Below, in pieces: positions 37,209 to 50,000 of a stretch of DNA of 64,000 nucleotides. Made by a program: the position numbers and the translations under genes. Every line of letters begins with the position of its first letter. Within the stretch, counting starts at the first letter, position 1. Where the stretch lies: the NCBI GenBank assembly GCA_051362555.1, contig CM120644.1:18312534-18376533 (forward strand), written 5' to 3'. This DNA is from Lingula anatina. Taxonomy: Eukaryota > Animalia > Brachiopoda. Below the pieces are notes generated by a model that saw only the letters and a program-made list of their open reading frames with translations, was not told the origin of the DNA and searched no databases.

Positions 37209-40200
37209 TAAGTAGTTATTTAACTATGTGACTTTATACATTTAAAATATATTATTTAAGCGAGAACTCCCCCAGGTCTTTTGAACATAAAAAGAAAACG
37301 GATCAGAGAGTCTTTCTGGGAATAGTGACCAGGGAGACATGATATAAAAAAACTTGATGATATTTTAAACATTTGTAGCGGATTTGAAAATCGTGTTAAC
37401 ACAGTTTTCATTCGTGGTTTTACACAGAAAGCTGCACGGTAAGAAGACCCGGCTTCGTGGTATTCAGGTGCAGTTCCAATTATTAGGTAGAATGGTTTTG
37501 TTTTTTATGGTCAGTGTTCTTTTCAATCAACTATTGAAGGTTCAGTCTGCAAAAGGCCAAAATATAAAAGTAGGACATGCGTCCCCAACCAACACGCACA
37601 CGCACACGCACACACAAACACACACACACACACACACACCTGAATTACGTACTTTCATGGGAGAAACAATAAAGAAACTTAACTGAGCTCAAATCTAGAC
37701 CAATCCCGAGCTTAAGTCCAATTTAAGTTACATATCAAATAATCACATTGATAAAAGGTAATTTTCTGTATTAGATGACCCTATCAATATTCATAATAAT
37801 ATGGCGGGGAGACCATTGTCGCCATTACGGGCAATTATCATAATTCTCTATAAAGGATTTTGTACATCAAATAAGAAAGTAACTAAATAATGTGGAAGTT
37901 TAAAAGTGCTGATAGTCTAAATTCAGTGGGCAGGGGTTTGTTTTTAAAGACAATAAAATAAAGTGCCCCTGTATACTGCGCATCGTAATAATAATCACAC
38001 ATTGGTGAAGTGAGGGGTTTGCAGGGGGGGGCACAAATAAAAAAAAGCTTTACTTGGCAAATATAAAATAGGACCTAGAAGACATGAGCAGTTTTTCCAC
38101 ATATGTATGAGGAGGGGGGATTGCTTGATTTTGTTTTGTTTCGAAAGTTACAATATCATTTGTGTGGGGGAAGTGAGAATTGTGTGTGTGGGGGGGGGGG
38201 GGGCAGGGAGGCGTATCCCACTGTGCTTCCCCTCTACATTCTCCATTACAATATCAAAATGAGAGAGAGAGAGAGAAGAGAGACACTACAAATAGAAAAC
38301 CTTATTCCGTACAATATAAGATTTTCTATTATATCAAACATTAATGATGCTAAGAGTATTAGCCTACTACTGATGTTGAGCAGGATAAAAGCTGCTCACA
38401 GCGCCGTGTCGTCACAGCCCGCTGCCAGTAGCTGACATTGTAATAAAAAAATCTATATCATGTATGCATATCTTATATGCTTTGACAGATACAGGAATTT
38501 TTATGTGAAATCGTGTGGTTTTATGATGTTGTAAACGCCCAGATGGCCATACGTTCTACAGGCGTGTAACGGCAATAAGTTAATAAATAAATGAATAGTT
38601 GTACAGGTAGTTTGCTTCTGTAATGAAAAGGAATGTGCGAAGGGAGATATACGTCAAATGTTAATTTCTTTTAAACACCTGTTGCTATTAAAGGACCACA
38701 ATAGATTGAAGTATCGGGTCATCTTTCGGTAGTCAGTAATTTTAATTTAAAAATCCATTAAGCTGCGATTAATGAATATCAGCGCTGGTGCCAATATTTC
38801 CTCATGCTGAAATATCAATGACATACCAAACCCGTTACTATTTGGTCCATTATGTAACAAACTACACTTAGATGGCAGTTTCCTTTTCTTGTAAGACATA
38901 AAGTACATCAGATTAGTCACAATTAGTGTATTGTGCCACAAGCGTCGGTCAAATCATTCCATTTGTTACCGGTAGGCCTACCGTCATTAGGGATGGGGTC
39001 GATATTCAATTCTTTTCCCCCTGTTTGTCAATCAGTTATATTATTTCACTTTCTTAATATGCAAATCATATGCAAAGTATATGTAATAGAACCGTTCTTA
39101 ACATCATTACAGAAAATGCTTGGTGTTAAATAAAATAACGAGGCGATATTGTTTGTGTTTGTGTTGCTGCAACTTATCAAAGACGTACATAAAACGCACA
39201 TACGCACTTCAGCAAAACAACCCATATGAAAATTACCATTTTATTCACATAGCTCTGAAAGGTGTATTCCTAGCTTTCAGGACGCACGGTCAAACGAAGT
39301 TAACTGGTCCCTAGACAGAATAGATAAACCTGCTAGACGAATAGCAAAGACAGGACTTACGTCACTGACAGGTACTTGACCTATATTGGGACTGTGTAAC
39401 AGGTGTCAACTATATTTTTTCAGTGGGATGATATTTCCATATATAGTACTTTTGGTTGATTAATGATAGGGTATATAATAGGGCGAAGGTAAGGGCGGCT
39501 AAATGAATTTGATATAATACACAAGCATGAATTGATTTAGATTTTGGATAACTACAGTACTTTGATAATTTCGTAACTAGGCTCACAGATGGAAAATACG
39601 TAAAAGCATAGGATTAAATGTACCGATAAATAATTAAGCTTTCTGAATAATTCGTGCTGTGCATCCGCATACATTTCGTATTAAACCAATAAACAAAACG
39701 CTACAAAATGACGCACGATTCTCTGATTAATTTTTGTTGTTTTCTAAAGAGCCAGGACTTTGACACTGTATGTGGCCCTATATTGATCACATACCGTGCC
39801 GGGGGTCATTAGACTGTTGGCTACTCTCTTCCGCGTTTGCTTTGACGCTGGTGCTACTTGTTGTTTCCTCTTTTATTGAGATACGATCACGAATTTTGAT
39901 TTTAAAAAACCTACTGAATTACAAAATTTATGAGCATGCAAGGGGAGGGGGAGGGGGGAGCACTAAAATTGATTATAATAATTAGCGACTTGGTGGGTGT
40001 AACAGCAAAAATTATGTGCTTAAAGTTGGACATACAATGACTTGATGATACGGAACACGATGCAATGTTCTGAAAAGAAATTGGCCAAAACATTGGATCT
40101 GAACACATAGATAGGGTCCTATAGCCGCAATGTTTCTTGCTCTTTATACTAACGCGATTGGAAAAGTGGCTGCGAGTGAAATGTTTTTGACAATTTTGTA

Positions 40201-42490
40201 AAATCGGGGGAGCGGGAAACCGTAGATCTGGCCTTTTTCGTTGCATTTATCCCAATCGTGCACATAAAACAAATCTTTGTTTAATCCTTCGTGAAGAAAG
40301 TTCACATTTTCAAACAGATGTCCGTTTTCTATATATTGTATACGCAAAACCACTTTTGAAAATGGGGAAATTTTGCTCTCGATTCGCGCAAACAAAGTAC
40401 TCATAGTTCCACAGCGAGGTGGAAAAAAACTATATATTAAGCACAACGAAACAAAACAAGTAACTTATCCACCGCTGTGCTCTACATACAGCATTACAGG
40501 CGCGTAGGGGCAACTTGCGTGTGTGTTGGGGGTAGCCATTCAAACAGCCGGGGTGGAATGAGAAAGCTAATAACAGCAAAAAGTAGTATGTACCAGTAGT
40601 TGAAGTTGGACATCAGTTGGCCGTGGACCTCCTCCTGGCATTAAGTAATATACAGAAAAGCTGGCGATTAAACGAGTACGTTGGAAACAAGAGGGGGCGT
40701 GTCATTCAGTTAAGCTGATTGCACTCAGAGTTGGATCGATCCATATAGACCGATGGTGTCTATGGGAATGTGGTCTAAGCCTCGCCCCTTCCCCAAACTC
40801 CTACGACTGTCCATGTAACAGCAAAGAACGAGGAAACAGACAACTGAGCTTTAAATAGGGAAATGATATTTTTGTGATATTACTTATTTTACTAATGATC
40901 ATTACAGAAAGGGGGGCGTTGATTAGCAGATTGTCCTTTAAAGATACAGGAAAAATTGATTCATAATTTCAGTCTGTGACAGAAACTATTTCGGTCACGA
41001 GTTATGTAAGGGATGCCTTTTAATACTTTTGTTGAATGCCTTGCTTTCGTAAATGACAAATTAGAAAATTCAACCTACACGACATGTATCAGATGACCTT
41101 TCCATTTCCACGCGACTTCCACGCAAAAAATGGAAAACAAGTACGCAACCCTTGGAAGACAAAAATCAACAGATGCCGTTTTTTTCTTTACTTTAAAGCG
41201 TAATTTTAAAAGTTATCGACGATCTTTCCCGTTTTGATGAGCTATCTATTGGTTTGCACGGCGTTAGGAATTTTGCAGCTCAACAATTTCGTCTCTGCAC
41301 CATCTGTTTTTGTGTCCATAGATAAAATCATCTGCCTTAAAATGCACTTCTTAACCTGTTAAAACATTAAAAACGCTTTAAAATACTAGCCCCTGCAAAA
41401 AGCAATTTAGCTTTTCCTAAAATTAGGGCTTCTGGTTAAAAGATATTCTACTTAAGTGATTTTAAGGTAAGAAAAATAATAATAAAAAAACATTAAATCT
41501 AAGTTAAGGTCTCCGACCACATAAAAACATAAAAAAGTTATTAGTGGAGGATCTAGATATACACGAGTCTTGGATATAAATAAATGATGTGTAATCTCGG
41601 TTAAAAGCGGACACTCGAGAACACATCAGTACGTTTTAAGAAAGTCATTGTCCATTGTCAATAAGCTGAGACAGATTCCAAGTAGAATTACGGGGCAATA
41701 AATATGCTTTGGGGTCAACCGCACGATTTAAAACATTTCCTTTACATGTACATGTATATACTTCGTTTTTTAAATAATGAAATAGATAACAAAATACTTT
41801 TGAATAGCGATGAAGAACACGTGTTTTTAATTTTGTGGTACTTGTATCACGGGAGAAAGTTTGTAAAAACTGAAAATTATGAAAAAGTGGTTTGCAAATT
41901 ATCATCACATTTAGACCATATGAAAAAAAAACGATCAAAATGAATATTTTAAATCCAGAAATAACAAAGCACAATACTGAGATTTTTCACTCATGTTGTA
42001 TTCATCAATTTACTTTTTCAGTTTATGGAAGCAAACGAGATTTTCTTTTCTATCTTTTTTGGAAGACAACCCGGGAAACGTAACCCAATCTGTATTTTCG
42101 GTTTTTGCACTCGAATTGGCACAGGTTTAGATGGGCTGGTTTTCATAAATGTCTGTATTTAGTGATAAACTTTGGGTATTTTCTATTGAGAGCACTTATC
42201 GCTGAGCAGCTCGTCCTTTGAAATATGTAGTTGAAATTGTAGATCAGATGCAAAATTGATTTGCCATGACCCTTTATATGAGAATACACGTAGAACAAAG
42301 TTTAATTAAATGCTATCAAATAATAATGACAACAAACATTTTTGCAAGCCAAATAAACCATTTAATCCCTTAAAATGACCAAATGACGAAAAAAATATTT
42401 GAAAAAAATATTTATGCATACAGTCTGTTATACATCGAGATTCTTCATCCATTTGTGAGACGTTCTCTTCAATAGCATATCATCATTTCA

Positions 42491-43414
42491 CACCCAAACC
42501 CAATATATTGGTGCATTTCACATGCTGAAGTGTCCAAAAATAAATTTGAAAGAATTCGAAGTTGTATTCAATTTTTTAAAATAAATGTGTATAGAACAAA
42601 AATCCAAGACTGTCTCAATTTATATTCATATTTAAATTTTAACACGTCTTTACGCAAAGAGCCCTACATGGTAACGTTATGTTCCGGAAACGTATGTTCC
42701 GGGTCATTTTTATCATAATTTTAATTTTTATACCGCGTTCCGATATATTTTGTAGTGATTCGGTCATGGTAAATTATATATGACGTAAGGATGTTTTTAT
42801 ACATATTAAACTGTAACTCAAAAAGCTTTGCGTCATGGCTAATACTAGGTAACGTATGTTCCCCAGAAAAAATGTCAAAAAGTTTCATTTTGTGCAATAG
42901 AAAACAGTTTTCTGACGCTGAACGAAAAATATCTTGTGCTTCGATGACAGTTTGACATTTCTGATATAATATTTGGATCACGAGGGGAAAATAATTAATC
43001 TAATGCTTATTTTACTGTCGGTAGAGTGCATTTCCCCCCGTTTTTTTTTTTTTAGTATTTAGTGACAAGCAAACTAAAGTCGCTCAAAAGTAATAAAGAA
43101 GATTATTATAATTTTTTTACAATGTTATACTTGTAGGAGATAAATCAAAGACCAAAACCAGTGATGATTTAATTTTTCAAAGTGAATAAACGTTTCACAG
43201 TTGGACGTTTTGCATTTGTGACAGTAACGTATGTTCCTTTTTGGGGGTTAGACGATGAATTATTTTTTATTCGTGTATCCAGAAGAGTGAAACTTTGATA
43301 CAAAATCTTCATGTTGGACCCAAAAATAATCAAACATAGTTTGCAACCTGTGCACTAAATATTTTAAAGAGCATGCTTGTGACATCAATTGCACCTCTAT
43401 ATTGGGTTTGGGTG
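42491..43414. mobile_element. Non-autonomous DNA transposon, Chapaev/CMC-like
   Basis: TIRs CACCCAAACCCAATATATTGGTGCA / TGCACCTCTATATTGGGTTTGGGTG, 4-bp target duplication TTCA on both sides, CAC...GTG termini, and internal repeats of gtaacgtatgttcc. Confidence 0.75.
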
Positions 43415-43618
43415 TTCAACGTTGCGGCAGTCCTGATACCTTTTTCCTCAAGGTAACATCAATTCAACATCAACATAGGTTCAACAATAATGGTTAACAT
43501 ACACTAATAATTGTGTCATTTTCAAATACTTTCCATAATAGACAATAAAATTAAAATAGTCCAGCAAATAATCTGAACAGGGTCCCGTCCAACAGGTACG
43601 GCTGTTCGTCTCATGATT

Positions 43619-46600
43619 TTACTTGTAGTGCTTCAGCGTCCTTGCTGAGGGGTCGTCGGTCTTGGACCACTTGGGCATCCAGTAGTAAGGAATCCACGGA
43701 GCCTTTCCTGGATAATACTGCTCAAACAGCTGCCGGAAGTAGTAGGCCTCTTTAGTACGCGGAGGGTTGAATGGATACTTCTTGGGGGCGTTCTCCATGT
43801 CCTCGTTGTTAATCTGTAACATGATAAAATTCATATTCAATTTTGAAACAGATTTTGGTGATGATTGATTAACTAATTAAATAATTGTTAATTATTAGTT
43901 CATTATTTGACTTAGCAGAGATTGAGCTCGCTCGCTGAGTGATTTTCTAGTTTTTATTAGTTTTAATTAAATTATCAAACAGAAGCAATATAGCACTTAA
44001 CACTACCACGAATTAAAAAGGATAAGACTTTTTTTTGTATTAAAATAAAGCGACCTCGTCGAATGATACTTATCATTTGCGTTTATCCTTTTGGTAACAT
44101 TTAAGCATTCAGGTATTGTGCATCCGTTTTAAAGAATCTTCAAATTCAATGACTATTAATTACATTAAACAATCAAAATTTATACAAAAACGATCTAGGA
44201 AAATCTGCAAAACGCAAATAAGAGGCGCGGGTGAAGCTCACATTGGACATTTAGGAAAGAAGTGCCAAGAAAAATCTTGCACCACTTATCTGACTTTTGT
44301 TGGCAATATTAAAACTTCATCAAGTGCACATACCCAAGCAAGGCTAGAAAGTTACCACATAACTGAACAACAAGAAAAAAAGTTAAAAATACATACCATA
44401 AGTTATATCGATTATTTGCATACTACCTGTACTTACTAATTCGCCTTTATATTATCAAAAAACAAACCCACCCTAGAAGCGACATATTCTTGTATAACGT
44501 GATGCCACGACCGTTTCTCAGACGACACTCCATCGCTGAAGGCCTCCTTGGGGCGCCACAAAATATCATTGGGGATGAGGTTTTCCTGGTCAAAGGCTGA
44601 GCGTAAGAGATACTTCTCAACTCCGTCCTTTGGCTGACGAAGTTTGGGGTCGATGGAGAGATAATAGCTGGTAAACTGATGGTCTAAGAATGGGACGCGC
44701 AGTTCAAGTCTGTGAAATAATAAAGATGATTATATGTTATAAAATTATACAAAAAGTCTGACAATATCTGAAAAAATTTATAATCAAAATCCAAAAATAT
44801 GGTTTTCAGTTACTAATGTGATTAAGATTCACACACATGTATTGCAATTATTATGGAATTTGTGCTTGTCATCAGACAACGTGGACCACCATAGGTGGCT
44901 ATACCTTTGCTATAATCTCATTACTGTACAAAAACAAAGCTTAAAAAAACATCTAAAACTCTAAATGTCAGAAAGGACCATTGGAAAGTATGGAAAGTCA
45001 TCATAACTCCAGGAAAAAATATTATTTGGCACTTTTCCTTAAAGATTGCTAGTGTTCTTATTTTCAGCAATCATAAAAGTCAATCAATCAGAAAAACCTT
45101 TTTCAATCAGTAATATAAAAACAGCTTTTTTAATCAAAGTAATACAAAAATATCAATAAAAACATCTACCATACCCCCATCCAGCTGTTGTCCTGTCACC
45201 CCTTAGCACATCATAAAGGTAAAGGTCATCCAGAAGTCGTCTGCTCTCCACGTCCGCCTCTTCTGCAGTGGGGGCGTTATGGAAATAGATGTACCCTTGA
45301 CACAGCTCGTCGGCTCCTTCACCAGAGAATATCACCACTGAGTCCGTGTTCTCCGAGATGTACTTGCTGACAAGGTACATTCCTACAAGCAGGGAAAGTT
45401 TATCCATGGGTTTAATTTACCAGTCTGTCATCTTTCTATTCTTTTTCAAATATTATTTACGAAATTGTTTTTACTCTAATCAACATTATCTTCTGAAACA
45501 TTTCTAAAGTCTTATTTTTTATCTTACTTTTCATCATACCAGTTTCTTATCTGTTCTCTTAGGCAGATACTTTTTCAAGTTTGTCTATGTTGAACAAATT
45601 CATTTCTAACTCTTTAAAAACAGAATTTTTGAAAAATTAGTAAAAATCATAGTTAATGTACTAAAGACATAAAAACTCCAAAGGGTCATTACAAAGGTGT
45701 GATGTCACAATGCAGTGTGACATCATACCTGTAGAGGCCTTGACTGTTGTGATGTCATATCATTACAAAGGTGTGATGTCACAATGCAGTGTGATGTCAT
45801 ACCTGTAGAGGCCCTGACTGTTGTGATGTCATAACTCTCCAGGTGACGGATGACGTCACCAAGTGCCTGTATTCCTTCCTCCTCTGTGAAGAACACTTCA
45901 TGGTGTTCTGTGCCAAGAAAATCTGCAACCTGGAAAAAGTCATTTCCTGATGATTTCTCTCCTCTCAGTCTGTTTTCATGCAATTTACCTTACACTAAGG
46001 GCGTATTCCCAGAGTTTTTAGATTGATCTATCACCGCGGGGAGTCTCACTAGATTACTGTCAGATAATCCGACTTAAATGTCCGTCCCGCCTACTACAAG
46101 CTGTAAGGGGGTAAATAACTTTCATGCCCGCTCGGCTGACAGCTATTCAGCGTGAACCCCCAGGGAGTTAGGTCGATCTAAAGTAGATCGATCCAATCTC
46201 TGGGAATGGGGTCTAAGAGAAACATATATATTAAAAGAGGACTTAAATGTACTATTTTATTCATTCATTCATTCATCCATCCCCTCCTCCCTCAGTCATT
46301 CTGTTTTCACACACGGTGACACCCCATACTCAATCTTAATCAAAGTTTAATATTTGATTAACTGAGAAAGATGGAGATTGAAACCCTTGGATTACCTTGT
46401 GTATAGTGCTGTTAATTCATGAATCATTGGTGAAGCCATGAGCTTATAATAAAGAGGTAGGTGAAATACAGGAAGAGGGGGAGGGGGGAAGGCAAAACAC
46501 TGCAACCTTGTTTCCCAGGACTTTGTGCTGGCAAGACTTTTATGAGGAAGTTATTGTGTTTTGGGCTGAAGGCATCCTCATCAAATTCCATCCATCAATA

Positions 46601-46739
46601 TGTGTCTATGTGCAAAGAGAAAAAGGATTGTTGTATGTATTGTATAAGCTAAAAAAAAGTGTGGGGGGTTTCCTATTATTGTACAGGGACTATATAAGTA
46701 TATGACATTGTATGTTCTTGTGGGTGGGGGAGGAACAGG

Positions 46740-46786
<47 letters not shown>

Positions 46787-46968
46787 CGCATGCATGCGTG
46801 CGTGCGTGGTCTGGGAAGGCAGTTGAGGGGGGACAGACTCTGTGGGGGTGGGGGGAACCGGTTGTGTGGGGAGAAGCAAGCTCAGGGGGGGGGGGGAGAA
46901 CAGGCTGGAGGGGAGCAGACCTTGGGGGATAAGCAGGCTGTGTTTGTCTGTGTGTGCGTGTGTCTGTG

Positions 46969-47003
<35 letters not shown>

Positions 47004-50000
47004 AGAGGGACACAACGCAGGAGAAAGAACAGGCCATGAGGGAAGGGGTATACCGTATAGCTAAAAAAAAACAGGACTATTGGTACGCGTATGATCGATA
47101 ACTGATTTAATTCTCGTAAGATTACCATCCGCCCCCTTCCTTATGAATAGGTATTACTTTATTAATACAATGCAACCGTCGTGTAGCCGCATGTTAGAAG
47201 ACAATGTTTGATTACGCACAGCAGTAGGAGGCCGCTACCCCTTCCCAGCAAGGAGTCAACACAGCAGCGCGTAACCCGGGGTTAATTAGGGGTTATTAGC
47301 TGTCCACTTATGATCGGTATTGTTCGTCTTGATTGCAGCACACTTCCTACTCACTATTGGTTCGACCGCCTCTTCTTTAAATGCTCTCTCAAACCTTTCC
47401 TCAGTCAGCCGAGAATGGAAACACGTTTATCTGCCGATAAACTACGTCGTTGATGTATTATTCGGCATCATTCTACAGTGGGTCATAAGGCTCTATCTAT
47501 CATTTTTTTCGTCTCGCATTTTACCAGATTAAGCTGACGCTCGAAAACTAAATTTAATGAATGATTTTCTCACGTGCACCGTATCCGGCTAATTTTACGA
47601 CAATAACTACCACGGCACCTCCGCCATTTGCAATTGTAGACGAACCACGTGTTTCCAACTGATAGGCCAATACAACTATACCAGACCCATTGTACGAGAA
47701 AAGACCGTTTATATTTAATGAATTAAAAAACATTTGAGGATTGCGATTTTCTATTGATATACTATCGATGGTATCCCTGTATTAAATCATCCACTGCTAC
47801 CCCCTCTTTTGTAGTGTAGCATGACTCGTATCACAAGATGGCCTTAGAAATGAAGTAAGACAGGCCTACACTCTGATAGTTTTTAGTCTATTATTAACCC
47901 TAATGTCGTTGCTTGTCATTCATTCTAGAACTCTCTGAGCCATCGCAAAATTATTTGCCAGGACATTTAAAGGCTACTTCTTAACGGATTTTTTTTTATT
48001 TGCACTGAGTCCAAAATGTTCGAGGACGTCTCTGTCGTTATCGCCGTTTCTCGGACGCAGTCCCAGACAAAGGATCGGAAAGTTTCTAAATAAAAGAACT
48101 TATAAATGCTGCCACTAGCCATCCTTATTGTTCCTAAGTAAAGAGAGGCGATAATGATCTTTTCTTTCTTCTAGCTTAGTCTGTCGACTAAAATGAACAA
48201 GGTTAGGCCTACAATGCAACCACCAATTATGACGACCATTAATGAAGTTCTCTGCTACACTCTCTCCTCATGATCACTTGCTCGATCGTGAAACCCTGGA
48301 GGTGTTGTATATATATTTGGGGTAGTTTACTATAGCATGCTACACTCTCCTCATGATCAGCTGCTCGATCATGAAATCTGGAGTGAAACCCATGGTTTAT
48401 CTAACAATGGTTTAAATAAATAAAAAGGGTGTCACAGAGGTGAAGCTGCTTAACTCATAAGAATAACGAACGAAAAAATACGATGAACATTTAATAAACC
48501 ACGAAGCACGTATGTTTTGGCCGTTATCGCCTTTTTTACATAAGATGTCTCAACAAGAAGGCAGATGTAGTCCAATTTGTCTTTTGTTGGTGATTCTGCT
48601 TCAGGTGGCTGAGATTAGTTGATCGGTGATGCACCGTTGGTAAGAGAAGCAATCATCACTCCTGCGTTCTAACGGATTACTTTCCAACCCCCCATAATTA
48701 ACGCAGCCAGGAATAGGCGCTGAAATAGGGGGTATTAAATCAGGAATTAATTTTTGTAATTATGTATCCGTAAAATAAGAATCGTAACATTATCACGTAT
48801 TTTTCCTGATGGAAAATATCATAATTTATGCACACTGATCGAATTATAAAGAAAATCTCCAGATGTAAACAAAGGTCAGTCAAGTATCACTCATCCCAGG
48901 CTGCAGGGCAGATATGGAGAATTGAATGAAGCGCGAGTGATCTGGCAACCCTACAAATTAGTCATAATGATTCATGGGCAAACAATAGAAGCATGATATT
49001 AACACCTTTTACAGTGTGAATGACGACACCTTATGAGGCTTTTGTTTCTTCCCCTGGGTTGGTATTACAAAGTAAGTATGTTGACGTAAGTGTGTTGACT
49101 TTTGCATGTTCAAAGGAACAATGGAAATGTCATTTCAAAACAAAGAGCCACATTTCCCTACTTAGGTGGCCAAAATATTGTCAATGAAACGCAAAAAAGA
49201 CTAAATCACCAGCTGTTACTGACTGAGTCTAACTCAAATGCAAAAAGGTACGCACAGCGACAAAGCGCTATTGTAAACAATGACCCGACGATGAGATCAA
49301 TAAGATGTATAAAATGACTATTTGTACTACAAAACTGTACCCCTGCCCCTACTTGTATATTATTACACACACAAGGCCACCCTATACCAGAGTTACAGAT
49401 TGATTTTTCATTACACAGTCTCTTGCACTGAAGAAAAATACTCATAATTAATTTGCGGCCCTAGTAGAGGGTCTTCTCTCACTTTCTCTCAAATCAAAAT
49501 AAACTAGCAAACATGAAAATTGGCAAAATGTATTAGAATGTAGTGTTGCGAACCCTTTAAATAAGGTGAATGGTAATATGCACGTTTAGACAAATTTTAA
49601 TTTTGATTTCAATTAAATTTAATTTTAATTAAAATTGATATTACCAAAATTAGAAAATGTCGTTTGCGTCATGTATCAATATTTTTGCGCATAATAGTAC
49701 CTACGTTATAAACATTCAGCAAAGATATTTGGAAGGCCGCTCTTTTGTTGTTTATATCAAAGGAAAACTATTTGATACCCATCGTATCAATCATTATACC
49801 ATGATAAGAGATTAGCATACTAATTTATGTCCCCAGTAATAATAACTTTAACAATAACAACAAACCTTCCTACTGTGCTTTCCGTTGCAAAAACAATTAG
49901 CCACGACTGTTTTATATATTAATAGATATTTATAATAATGACAATTTCAAAATCTCCAAAAGTACCGCCAGAGACACGAACTCCCGTCGGGTAGGTTGCG

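Noticed and set aside
38688-40943. Possible Kolobok-type element bounded by TTAAAGGAC
   Set aside because: The inverted match extends only ~9 bp, which is insufficient to pair the ends.
46581-47128. Cluster of overlapping ORFs (HTHT/VCVC)
   Set aside because: Artefacts of (TG)n and G-rich low-complexity sequence.
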